A stretch of DNA of 64,000 nt. Origin: a virus. Location: IMG/VR virus record IMGVR_UViG_3300032144_000005. One strand, given 5' to 3'. A model generated the notes under the pieces. The model searched no databases. It was not told the DNA's origin and saw only the letters and a list, made by a program, of their open reading frames with translations. The stretch's first letter is position 1; the number at the start of each line of letters is the position of its first letter. A program made the translations under genes and the position numbers. Positions 36,593 through 45,275 of this stretch are shown piece after piece.

Positions 36593-37056
36593 CAGAAGTT
36601 CCCCTCCGCGACTTGGTAGCAGATGATCCCGTTCTTGCGCCACATGTCGACGACCCGCTTGCGGTCCTCGAAGGCGGCGACGATCTGGCGGCGGGCGAGC
36701 GGGTCGAGTTCGTCGAGCCACTCCTGCTTGACGACGACGTCCTCGCGGTGGTCTCCGTCCTTGCGCATGCGCAGGCGGCAGCGGTCGACGATGTTCTGCG
36801 GGATGCAACTGTACAGCCAGTCGCGCGTCTGCGGCAGCACCTTGTCACCGCGCCCGGTCCAGATCAGGCAGGTGGCGCCAGATTCGTGCAGGCTGGTGAG
36901 CGTGTCGATGGTTCCCCAGATCGGCTTGTCGTGGACGCACTGTTCGTAGAACAGGTCCCAGTCCTTGCGCCCGTTTTGGATGAGATGAAGACGATGCGTG
37001 GCGTCAGCCAGCGTGCCGTCGAGGTCGAAGATATAGATGCGTTCAAGTACACTCAT
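36592..37056 (-). CDS. HAD-family polynucleotide 3'-phosphatase-like protein (PseT C-terminal-like)
   Basis: IFDLDGTLAD, WTGR, MR..GDHRED..VK and FEDR..VV.MWR..G..C.QV motifs. Confidence 0.88.
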   Translation of the reverse strand: MSVLERIYIFDLDGTLADATHRLHLIQNGRKDWDLFYEQCVHDKPIWGTIDTLTSLHESGATCLIWTGRGDKVLPQTRDWLYSCIPQNIVDRCRLRMRKDGDHREDVVVKQEWLDELDPLARRQIVAAFEDRKRVVDMWRKNGIICYQVAEGNF

Positions 37057-37334
37057 GGTTGTTCCTCCTCGTCGATGATCTCTGGGTTGATGAGCGATAC
37101 CGTGACGAGTAGCTGGTAGCGCTTGTTGCCGTAATAGACGTGGTCCATGCCGACGTGCTTGAGGTACTCCATGATATGGACCCGGAGGTCATACTCGGAT
37201 TCCTTCTTGTCCTCGCTGCGGTATTTGCCGCAGCGATAGAGGCGGCAGGGACGCACCTTGTAGTTGCGCTTGGGCTCTTCCGCCGGGGCGGGAGCGGTTG
37301 GCTGTTCGGGAGCGGGGTTCTCGGTGGTGCTCAT
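37053..37334 (-). CDS. Hypothetical protein
   Basis: Overlapping start/stop with both neighbours. Confidence 0.6.
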   Translation of the reverse strand: MSTTENPAPEQPTAPAPAEEPKRNYKVRPCRLYRCGKYRSEDKKESEYDLRVHIMEYLKHVGMDHVYYGNKRYQLLVTVSLINPEIIDEEEQP

Positions 37335-38311
37335 TCAGTCATCCGTGCTTCCACGGCCTCCATTTTCTCGAAGCTCACCGGGCGTTGGTCCTCAGCCGCC
37401 ATGAAGATCTGCGGCTCGTAGAAGGTCTTCGGCATGCGACCGCCATAGACCTCACGCACCACGGGCTCGATGCGCTTGGCCGTCGCCTCGCGCTGCCACT
37501 TCAGGCCCTCCGTCGTGATCTTCAGGATCTTCAGCGGATCGCCGCGCAGCTTGCAGCACAGGGCGTGGCAGGTCTTGTAGTGCAGCGCGTCCTTGGAGTC
37601 ACGACGACCGCCGATCTGGAGCTGCTCATTCAGGTAGAAGTGCAGCGCCCGCATCGGGTCGCGCTCCGTGAAGCCGACCGCCTCGCGCAGCGACGTGACC
37701 ATGAGGTCGGTCATGCCGGGGTTGATGAGGCGGCACAGGAACAACGACGACACCACCGGGCGCTGCGCCAGCTTGCGCAGCTTCTTCTTGTCCTCGGTGG
37801 CGGCGATCAACTCGGGCGTGAACGCATCGAATATCACGCGCACCTGCCACGCGGAGATGGGATCGGTGTGGCTGAAGCCGTAGCGGAGGAGCGACGTAAT
37901 GACCGAGGTGGTCGTGGTCGGGTCCTTCAGCTCCGGGTGATTGACCGCCATGATGTCGCCCTGCGTGCGGGTGGCGCCCTGACCGATCACCTCGAACTCG
38001 TCCTTCTCGCAGCCGAACCACACGGTCATCTGCACCGTGACGCCCGAGTTGACGACAGCCCACAGCCGGTGCTGACCTTCGATCAGCGTCTCCTTGTGGT
38101 GAACCCCTGCCGTGTCGATGAACGGCTTCGAGAAGGCGATGGGCTCGGCGGTCAGCCGCCACTCACCAGCCTTCATCGCCTTGACATACTTCTCCACCAG
38201 CAGGTCGCGGAGCGGTCGGTTGTGCGTGTTCGCGTTCAGCCACTTCTCGGCAACCGCCGGAGTGACGTCCATGATTTTGACCTTTCGGCCACCTTCGAGT
38301 TTGGTACTCAT
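37331..38311 (-). CDS. ParB/Srx-fold (DGQHR-like) protein
   Basis: VTP..AEKWL..NTHNR.L..V..Y..AM.AGEW.L..EPIAF..LIEGQHRL.AVV.SG. Confidence 0.8.
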   Translation of the reverse strand: MSTKLEGGRKVKIMDVTPAVAEKWLNANTHNRPLRDLLVEKYVKAMKAGEWRLTAEPIAFSKPFIDTAGVHHKETLIEGQHRLWAVVNSGVTVQMTVWFGCEKDEFEVIGQGATRTQGDIMAVNHPELKDPTTTTSVITSLLRYGFSHTDPISAWQVRVIFDAFTPELIAATEDKKKLRKLAQRPVVSSLFLCRLINPGMTDLMVTSLREAVGFTERDPMRALHFYLNEQLQIGGRRDSKDALHYKTCHALCCKLRGDPLKILKITTEGLKWQREATAKRIEPVVREVYGGRMPKTFYEPQIFMAAEDQRPVSFEKMEAVEARMTE

Positions 38312-38323
38312 TTCGTTTTTTGT

Positions 38324-39391
38324 TTATGGTTTGGGTTCATTGCCCAGCTCCAGATAGTGGCGCTGGGTTGTAGCTGGGGTCGTATGCCCCAGTAATTCTT
38401 GGGAGCTGCGGATCGCGCGCTCCTTCATCATCTCTTCGAGCTGGTCATAGGTGCGCTTGTAGTTGTGCTGGCTCGCGGTCTTGCGCATGCTGCGCATCGT
38501 TCCGACGCTGATCCCGGCCTTGGCCCTGATCTCGCGGAAGGTGATGCTGACGATGCTGCGACTGTAGCGTTTCCACTCGGGAAATAGGTAGCGCTCACCG
38601 GGCTGGAGTGGGGCCATCGCCTCATAGAGGATGGCTCGCATCTCCGGCGTGATCTCGAATGACAATTCGCGTTTCGTCTTTCCGGTGGAAATGCGAATGT
38701 CCTTCTCGTGGATGCACGACCGCTCCATCCGACTGAGGTCACTCAGGCGCAGGCCCGTTTGATAGGAGAAGAGGATCAGGTAGCGCCAGAACAGGGCGTA
38801 GGATTTCGATGCCGCGATGATCTTCTGCACCTCCTCGACGGAGTAGTGAGCCGTCTTCACTGGCACGAGCTGGGCCTGAGTCATGCCATCGCGCTTCACA
38901 TTCACATCGAGCGATGGGTCGATCAGGATCGAGCGCTTGGCATGGTGGTATTTGAAGAACGACCGATAGTATTTCAGTTTCCGAATCTTCGTGGACACGG
39001 CGAGTCCATCCATCGCATTGATCGCGACGTCGATGTGGCATGCCTTGGTGTCACTCACACGGCTGAGCCGGTTCGCCGTGGCGAAACTCTGCATCTCGTC
39101 GCAGGTGGCGGAAACAGTTCGCTCCGATACACCGCGTGCGGTTGCTGCGTTCATCCACTCGTAGATCGCATCCTTGAATAGCACCTCGCGAAGTGCGCCC
39201 AGCTTGACGATGGCATCGAGCGCCACGGGTCCGGCCAGTGCAGCGTATTCCTTTTGCTGGAGCCCTGCGGCCTCCGCAATTTTCTCCGCCGACTTCATGT
39301 CGGTGGCGCCACGGAGCGGGACCTTAGCTCTGCGTCCGCTCTCCGTCTGCAGGAGAGCGTAGTACACTCCCCGGATTTGTTTTATTTCCAT
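38324..39391 (-). CDS. int: Tyrosine recombinase/integrase
   Basis: TGLRLSDL (R), TGKTK (K), MRSMRKT (HxxR equivalent with H>R), LLGH and RHY (catalytic Y). Confidence 0.85.
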   Translation of the reverse strand: MEIKQIRGVYYALLQTESGRRAKVPLRGATDMKSAEKIAEAAGLQQKEYAALAGPVALDAIVKLGALREVLFKDAIYEWMNAATARGVSERTVSATCDEMQSFATANRLSRVSDTKACHIDVAINAMDGLAVSTKIRKLKYYRSFFKYHHAKRSILIDPSLDVNVKRDGMTQAQLVPVKTAHYSVEEVQKIIAASKSYALFWRYLILFSYQTGLRLSDLSRMERSCIHEKDIRISTGKTKRELSFEITPEMRAILYEAMAPLQPGERYLFPEWKRYSRSIVSITFREIRAKAGISVGTMRSMRKTASQHNYKRTYDQLEEMMKERAIRSSQELLGHTTPATTQRHYLELGNEPKP

Positions 39392-39638
39392 ACATTTTTG
39401 GTCTCAGAAGTTTGCGTTTAATTCTCTCTGCTGCTCTCGACTTGATAATGACAACGCGAGCGCGGATCGCCCGCTCCAGCTCGGAGACGTCGTCGTGAGC
39501 TTTCTGTCTTTCTACATCGAGCCGGTCCTTCCGCTTCTTGATCCGCTGCTTGAGCTGAATGATTATGCCATCGGAGGCGGACATCTCTTCGATCAGCCGC
39601 TCGTATTCATCCACCAGTTTCTCCGGCTGCTCACTCAT
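39324..39638 (-). CDS. Coiled-coil hypothetical protein
   Basis: Helical basic ORF overlapping both neighbours. Confidence 0.55.
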   Translation of the reverse strand: MSEQPEKLVDEYERLIEEMSASDGIIIQLKQRIKKRKDRLDVERQKAHDDVSELERAIRARVVIIKSRAAERIKRKLLRPKMYGNKTNPGSVLRSPADGERTQS

Positions 39639-39999
39639 GGTGCAGTCCCCTCCAGTAGGCGATCATGGGCTTGAACTGTGAGTCCCACAGGTCGTGCTTG
39701 CGCAGGTAGAGGAAGCCGCCCGACTTCATCATCTCGGTGTTGTACTTCACGGAGAGGCGATCATCGAAGTCGATGCCGCATCCCTTGAGGTAGGCGAACA
39801 TCACGTCGACACGGATCGGCTTCCAGTCCAGCGACCACGCGCAGAACTTCACGTCGCTGAGGGCGAGGCCACCATCACGCGCAATGTCCACGTCGGTCTT
39901 CGCTGTCACGTTGTTGCCCCCGTGCTGGTAGCGGGCCAGCAGGCGGCAGGCGATGGGCGGGAACCGCTCAGTCTTCTTTTGGAACGTCAGCAGTTTCAC
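39631..39999 (-). CDS. Hypothetical protein, possible HTH
   Basis: TDVDIARDGGLALSDVK segment; GTG start. Confidence 0.55.
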   Translation of the reverse strand: MKLLTFQKKTERFPPIACRLLARYQHGGNNVTAKTDVDIARDGGLALSDVKFCAWSLDWKPIRVDVMFAYLKGCGIDFDDRLSVKYNTEMMKSGGFLYLRKHDLWDSQFKPMIAYWRGLHHE

Positions 40000-40333
40000 G
40001 TTTCAGGCTTTTCTTGAGGTTGGCGATGGCGTCGAACTTGATCAGGAGCGCGGCCTTGCAGAGGGCCAGCGCGGGTGAGGCAGTGACCACCATCAGCAGG
40101 TTCTCGTCACCCGCCCAGTAGGGACGGCCCGCCTTGTAGCGGCTGTCGCTTGGGTGCATCTGGCCGACGCTGATCGGCATCAGGGTCACGATGTTGATGG
40201 CGTGCTCGATGTCGGTGGAGTAGGGCGGGATTCGCCCCTTCTCCTGACCGAAGAGCTGTTCATGGACGAGCGTGTCCAGCTCCTTACCGGCTGGCATGGC
40301 GACGACTCTTTCGCGGGGTGGTAGTGGTGTCAT
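39968..40333 (-). CDS. Phage ABA-sandwich domain protein
   Basis: AGKELDTLVHE..PPYSTDIEHA..V..TASPALALCKAAL matches the family pattern. Confidence 0.7.
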   Translation of the reverse strand: MTPLPPRERVVAMPAGKELDTLVHEQLFGQEKGRIPPYSTDIEHAINIVTLMPISVGQMHPSDSRYKAGRPYWAGDENLLMVVTASPALALCKAALLIKFDAIANLKKSLKRETADVPKED

Positions 40334-40351
40334 ATGGTATGATGGTTCTTA

Positions 40352-40376
40352 ACCCACGGGTGGTTAGCCCGTGGGT
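40352..40376. other. Intergenic hairpin without U-tract
   Basis: ACCCACGGG-TGGTTAG-CCCGTGGGT, 9-bp perfect stem. Confidence 0.7.
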
Positions 40377-40403
40377 CAAGACCATTCACAGAACTACCGT
40401 TCG

Positions 40404-40775
40404 TCAGTTCTCGTCGTATATCATCCGCGCCTCAGCCAACACGCGCTCGGTGTTGTAGTGGTCGGGCAGGCTCTCCTCGGTCATCGACGACACGAGATAA
40501 ACCCCCTTCCCCTTCCTCGTTAGGACCATGTAGAGCGTGTGCTCCGGGTAGCGGGCAGCCTTGGTTCCAAAGCAGAGCGCGGTGAACGTATGCGACTTCA
40601 ACTTCTGGAAGAAGTCGACGTTCGCATAGTGCTCCTCGAACTTGGCAATGGATTCCTCGATGCGCTGCCGGTACAGATCGCTCTCCACGTCCGTCCTTGG
40701 CCTCCTGTACAGCTTCTTGTGGTAGGCGTTGATCTCACTCAACGCCGTAGCTGTTAGCTCCACCTTCGTTTTCAT
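40404..40775 (-). CDS. Hypothetical protein
   Basis: AGGAGG 4 nt before ATG, a rare SD in this genome; overlaps the JAB gene end. Confidence 0.65.
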   Translation of the reverse strand: MKTKVELTATALSEINAYHKKLYRRPRTDVESDLYRQRIEESIAKFEEHYANVDFFQKLKSHTFTALCFGTKAARYPEHTLYMVLTRKGKGVYLVSSMTEESLPDHYNTERVLAEARMIYDEN

Positions 40776-42012
40776 ATGCCTCCTGTATTGCCTGTTGGTT
40801 GGCGTGTCCCTTGAACACCTTCTGGGCGTCGTAGGCCGCGTTGATCTTGGCGACTGACTCGGTGGTGCACCACGTCCCTTCCTTGGTGGTGGTGTACCCG
40901 TGCTTGGCGAGGAACGTGGCCGCAGCGGTGAAGCTCTCGAACTCGATCCATTGCCACAGGTACTTCAGGTCGAAGTCGTAGCCGCAGATGCCTTCGCTCG
41001 GGTGGATCACCGGCTCGCTGCGAGCGGTGATGTTGTCGAGGGTCCACTGCTCGTCGGCAGCGATCTCTAGCTGTCCTGCAACGTCCCCTGCAGGACCTTG
41101 CGTGCCTCCCCCTTGCTGATTCGCATGGCCTTGCGCAGCGTGGAAACTGCCCGGCGGAAGCTCGTGGTCCCAGCGCGCACCTCCTTGGCCAGCAAGCCCG
41201 CCGCCAGCATGCAGCCGATGGTTGCTCGGGGCATAGACGGTTCGCGGGAACTGCTCCCACTCCTCTCCGCCCTGCCGTGGCCATGTCGTCGGTGTGTATG
41301 TTGGCTGCTGAAATCGGATGAGGTTCTCCGACCATCTGGCCGGGAACCCCACCTCGTTGCTGACGGGCGCCTTCAGCAGGGCCATCAAGATTTCATTGTG
41401 GGTGGATACGGGCAGCATCGTCGCGAGCGCACTCGGAATCTCGAACCAGTCGGAGGCCACCACGTTCTCGAAGAAGTGTTGGATGCCGGGACGGATGACG
41501 TTACCGGCGCTGTCCAGCTCGCCGGGGAACTTCATCGACACGCGGCTGTGCAGGTCGAGCTTCGCCTGACCGAGGTGACCGACCGTCATGTGCAGGCCGA
41601 CGATGGTCTCCTCGTTGCTCTTGTCCGTGCCGGACTGGAAGGCGCCCGCCGAACAGTGGTGGTGCACGGTGCCCATGTACAGCCACGGGTCGCCGAAGAT
41701 GGCGAGGTCGATGGCCATGTGGGCGTGGTCGGGCAGCTCACGGGTGGTCATGCCCGTCCCGTATTGCTGCGGGAAGGCATGCGGCATCCACTCGCGGGTG
41801 ACCGGGTTGTAGTACAGGCGCACCTGCACCTCGTGTTCCTTGTGGGCAAGGAAGAACGCGATGATGGTGTGCCATGTGGTGACGGGGATCTTGGCCCCGC
41901 GCCAACGGACGCCGGGCACTCCTTCCTTCGCTTCGACAAAGGGCGAGAAGCCCTCGAATAGGTCGCTCTGGAATGGCTTCCAGATCTTCCCTGAGTTGAT
42001 GATATATGTCAT
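40735..42012 (-). CDS. JAB/MPN metalloprotease (prokaryotic deubiquitinase-like) with C-terminal extension
   Basis: Upstream Glu (HEVQ), GTVHHHC (HxH), AFQSGTD..E (S-x2-D) and GLHMTVG. Confidence 0.85.
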   Translation of the reverse strand: MTYIINSGKIWKPFQSDLFEGFSPFVEAKEGVPGVRWRGAKIPVTTWHTIIAFFLAHKEHEVQVRLYYNPVTREWMPHAFPQQYGTGMTTRELPDHAHMAIDLAIFGDPWLYMGTVHHHCSAGAFQSGTDKSNEETIVGLHMTVGHLGQAKLDLHSRVSMKFPGELDSAGNVIRPGIQHFFENVVASDWFEIPSALATMLPVSTHNEILMALLKAPVSNEVGFPARWSENLIRFQQPTYTPTTWPRQGGEEWEQFPRTVYAPSNHRLHAGGGLAGQGGARWDHELPPGSFHAAQGHANQQGGGTQGPAGDVAGQLEIAADEQWTLDNITARSEPVIHPSEGICGYDFDLKYLWQWIEFESFTAAATFLAKHGYTTTKEGTWCTTESVAKINAAYDAQKVFKGHANQQAIQEAYENEGGANSYGVE

Positions 42013-42030
42013 GGGATTGTTGGTTGGGGG

Positions 42031-43500
42031 TTAGAGAACCTCGATGCGTTGGATGTGGGTGCCCGTGCACTCGCTGTCGGTCACGTCGCTGTCGCGCAAC
42101 TCACTATCCATCTCGCTGAAGTAATCCATCTTGTCGTTGTCTCGCAGCCACTGCAGGACAGCTTCGGTGCCCTCCTCGTAGATGCTGCGCGGGATGTCGA
42201 ACTCGCCCTCCTCGAACACGCGGTGGTATTCGGTAACGAACTTGGTGACGTCCTTCTTGATCTTGATGGTGACCTCGACCGTGTCTTCGTCGCTGTCGGT
42301 GCCGGATTCCTGCTCCGGCAGCAGCTCGATGATGCGCAGGTGGTGCACACCGATGGCCGCGTTGATCAGGTCCTCGCTCAGCACCTTCTCGCGCCTCGGC
42401 GCCAACTGGCCGGGATTGGCCATCAAGTGCGCCATCACCTTCTCGGTGGTGTCGCACTCGACGGGGAGCTGGACGCCCGTGATCTGGAAGCACCGGCCAC
42501 GGCAGAACGTGGTGGCCGGATACTGGCGGATGATGTCAACCATCTGCTCACCGAGCCAGTCATGCAGCATCTGCTCTGTGATCTCGGGCGGTGCGTCCGG
42601 CGCGTTCAGAATCTCCTGCCACTCGCGCGGGCACTCGATCAGGCAGCTCTTGGCGATCAGCATGGGGATGCTGTCATCCCGTGTGCCCAAGTAATAGCCG
42701 GGGCTACTCACCTCGACCTTGACCGGCTGCCTGCTGCCGAGCGCCGTGAGGACAGGCAGCATCCACTCCTGCATGGCGTGCAGCTCCTCCGGCACCTCGA
42801 CGTAGTGGCAATAGCGGAGCTGCAGCCAGTAGTCGGACGACCCGTTGTGGGTGACGTGGATGGCGGCGTGCTGGTTGGCATCGTCGTTCACCCGCATGTC
42901 GATCACCGAGAACTCAAGGTAGCCGTTGCTGCGCAGGCGCTGTTCGAGGTGCTCGGGCAGGTCGCCGTTGTCCTCCTCGTGGAGCGCGATTACCTTGCCG
43001 ACGAGCGACGCCGCTTGGACGGCTTCGATCACGCACTCGTGGTCGAGCAGGTTCGGCTCGGCGTCAGCGTCGGGGATGATGTCCCACGGATTCACCCGGT
43101 CGAACTGGATGCGGGTGTCGAGGATCTCCGCCGTGACGTAGATCTCGTTCCGGTCTTCCGTGGTGTTGTTCACCCCGTCGAAGATGATGCGCACCAGTGC
43201 CTCGCCATCGAGGTTGTCGTACGCCTCCTCGTACTCGCCGAGATATTCCTCGGAGAAGCCAAGGTTCTTGACCCTGACCCTGCCGTCGTGGAACGGGTTG
43301 CGGCACAGTGAGAGGTGCTCACGGGCCACCTGATAGAAGTCCTCGTCGCCCTCGCCATAGCGGAGGATGACTTGGCCGTTGATGTCGACGTACGGTGAGT
43401 ACCACACGTCGGTCAGGGGACCGTTCTCACCGCTGTACTGGTGAAGAAAGTCCGGTTGGATTCGGGCGAATAGAAACCCGATGCGGGTTGGCTTATTCAT
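42031..43500 (-). CDS. Acidic 489-aa hypothetical protein inside the Ubl operon
   Basis: Strong codon bias; between E1 and JAB genes; no recognised motif. Confidence 0.75.
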   Translation of the reverse strand: MNKPTRIGFLFARIQPDFLHQYSGENGPLTDVWYSPYVDINGQVILRYGEGDEDFYQVAREHLSLCRNPFHDGRVRVKNLGFSEEYLGEYEEAYDNLDGEALVRIIFDGVNNTTEDRNEIYVTAEILDTRIQFDRVNPWDIIPDADAEPNLLDHECVIEAVQAASLVGKVIALHEEDNGDLPEHLEQRLRSNGYLEFSVIDMRVNDDANQHAAIHVTHNGSSDYWLQLRYCHYVEVPEELHAMQEWMLPVLTALGSRQPVKVEVSSPGYYLGTRDDSIPMLIAKSCLIECPREWQEILNAPDAPPEITEQMLHDWLGEQMVDIIRQYPATTFCRGRCFQITGVQLPVECDTTEKVMAHLMANPGQLAPRREKVLSEDLINAAIGVHHLRIIELLPEQESGTDSDEDTVEVTIKIKKDVTKFVTEYHRVFEEGEFDIPRSIYEEGTEAVLQWLRDNDKMDYFSEMDSELRDSDVTDSECTGTHIQRIEVL

Positions 43501-44230
43501 TACTGGGGTCCTTTTTCTTGAGGGTTGTGATGCGACTGAAGTTCGAGGCGTGACGAATCGGCGAGTAATCGAGCGCCTCCTGCTCGATGTCCGATGCCAT
43601 CTGGTAGTGATACCACATGAGATGAAGTCCGTAGGTGGCGGCGCACAGGTTCGCGATGGCGAGCTGCGGCGTCTGCTCCTGCGCCTGCCCCGTGCACCCC
43701 GCCTGTGCGGCGAAGGGATCGTCCTCCTTGTTGGTGAGGATCTCGGGGAACATGACGCGCGGGTCGAGCTTGGTGCCCTTCCATTGCGGCGTGTAGAACT
43801 GGGCCTCGGCGTCGGTGTAGCCGTTGCCCGTCATGATGACGTCGCAGCCCTTGCGGTCGGCGGCGTCGAGGATGCGCACGCGACCCGGATGGTTGTCAAC
43901 GCAGGCGAACACCAGCGCGCCCGCCTTCAACCACGGCTCGTCGCCGCTGAAGAAGCTGGTGATCGCACTGAAGCGGCCCTTGTAGTAGTCGTCGCTCGCA
44001 TCGAAGAGGGCGATGGACTTGTACTGCCCGAGGTTGGACTCACTGAAGAGCTGCCGGTCCATGTTCTTTTCTTCGAGCGTGTCGCCGTCGACCAAGACGA
44101 TCTCGGGAGAACGGCTCGGGTTGCGGTGGTTGCGAACGGAGCGGAGGAGCGGCGGAATGAGATAGCTGCCGACCCCACCGCAGCCGACGATGACGATCTG
44201 GTCGGGCCAAGGTTTGAGTTCTGATTTCAT
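43493..44230 (-). CDS. E1-like (ThiF/MoeB family) Ubl-activating enzyme
   Basis: IVIVGCGGVGS, VDGDTLEEKNMDRQLF, K, FACVDN, R, TGN and candidate catalytic Cys in AGCTG..QLAIAN. Start reassigned to MKSELKPW. Confidence 0.92.
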   Translation of the reverse strand: MKSELKPWPDQIVIVGCGGVGSYLIPPLLRSVRNHRNPSRSPEIVLVDGDTLEEKNMDRQLFSESNLGQYKSIALFDASDDYYKGRFSAITSFFSGDEPWLKAGALVFACVDNHPGRVRILDAADRKGCDVIMTGNGYTDAEAQFYTPQWKGTKLDPRVMFPEILTNKEDDPFAAQAGCTGQAQEQTPQLAIANLCAATYGLHLMWYHYQMASDIEQEALDYSPIRHASNFSRITTLKKKDPSNE

Positions 44231-44481
44231 GATTTGATGAGGAGCTGGAAGAGCCGTTGGGTTTTGGCTCGGTTGAAGATTTCGTTGTGGATGGCGACGA
44301 ACTCGGCGGCCTTGGTGGCGGCCTCCCGATACTTGGTGGGCGACAGGAGGTACGCCATCGTCGATGGATTGAGCGCCATCTCCTCGATGGTGGAGCCGAT
44401 CTTGCCTTGCGTGACCAAGTCGACTGGCACCGGGTAGGTGCGGAGCTGGTCGCTCAACAGGGTGTGGAGGAGCTTGCTCAT
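44227..44481 (-). CDS. 84-aa hypothetical protein between E2 and E1
   Basis: Translationally coupled by overlaps on both sides. Confidence 0.7.
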   Translation of the reverse strand: MSKLLHTLLSDQLRTYPVPVDLVTQGKIGSTIEEMALNPSTMAYLLSPTKYREAATKAAEFVAIHNEIFNRAKTQRLFQLLIKS

Positions 44482-45191
44482 AGCATGGCCACCCAGTTGA
44501 AGGACTCACCCGAGATGACCGGGCTGTAGTTGTGCCACTCCTGCCGGGGCGGGAGCGGCTGTCCGTTCATGTCGAAGCGCATGAACTCGGCGAGGTACGA
44601 CCGCCGCTCCTTGCCGCTCAGGTCGGTGTTCCAGATCGAGGAGCTGAAGTGAACAAGCGCCTCCCGCAGGAACATGACCGAGTTGAAGTAGGGGCTGCGG
44701 TCCTTCTCGTCCTTGAAGTTGCCCATGCAGATCTCCGCGTGGTCGTAGATGTTCGGCATGGGCAGACGATGGATCGTGGTGCGATCCGTCTGCTTGCGCA
44801 GGGCCACGAGGTAGCACTTCATCTGGTGCGCCACGAAGAACAGGCGGCAGTCCTTGGGGACCGGCCAGTCGTTGGCGTACTCGATGGCGTCGAGCGACTC
44901 GAACCACGGCACGAGGCACAGTTCCTTGCCGGTGCCGCGCGCCATGTAGTAGGTGCGCACCCGGAGATACGGCAGCTCGACCGCCATCTTCATCTCCTTG
45001 CCCTGAAGGCAGAGATGCACGGGCAGGCCGTCGATGGTGGTGAAGCTCGGGAACGTGTGCGGCACCTGCTCCGCCATCATGGAGACGATGTCCGAGCGCG
45101 GGCCGAGCGGGTCCACTTGGAGGCTCAGCCGATGGAAGTTGCCCTGCTGATCGAGCAGGATCAACGGGGTCTTTTGATTGAATGGAATCAT
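44478..45191 (-). CDS. Prokaryotic E2-like protein (family D/PRTRC protein B-like)
   Basis: RLPMPNIYDHAEICMG (PN..G/A.IC.G with Cys) followed by F.SSIWNTDL; operon context. Confidence 0.75.
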   Translation of the reverse strand: MIPFNQKTPLILLDQQGNFHRLSLQVDPLGPRSDIVSMMAEQVPHTFPSFTTIDGLPVHLCLQGKEMKMAVELPYLRVRTYYMARGTGKELCLVPWFESLDAIEYANDWPVPKDCRLFFVAHQMKCYLVALRKQTDRTTIHRLPMPNIYDHAEICMGNFKDEKDRSPYFNSVMFLREALVHFSSSIWNTDLSGKERRSYLAEFMRFDMNGQPLPPRQEWHNYSPVISGESFNWVAML

Positions 45192-45206
45192 GATTTATGA
45201 GGGGTG

Positions 45207-45243
45207 AAAAATAAGGCGGGCGCCCCCTTTCGAGGGCGCCCGC
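45207..45243 (-). terminator. Intrinsic terminator between Ubl and E2 genes
   Basis: GCGGGCGCCC-TCGAAAGG-GGGCGCCCGC followed by CTTATTTTT. Confidence 0.85.
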
Positions 45244-45275
45244 ACAGTGCACTGATACGATCAGCTCGTTGCTGA

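Noticed and set aside
43493-44230. E1 as a thiamine/molybdopterin biosynthesis auxiliary metabolic gene
   Set aside because: No ThiS/MoaD GG-ending carrier or pathway genes are nearby; the E2 and JAB neighbours indicate a conjugation cassette.
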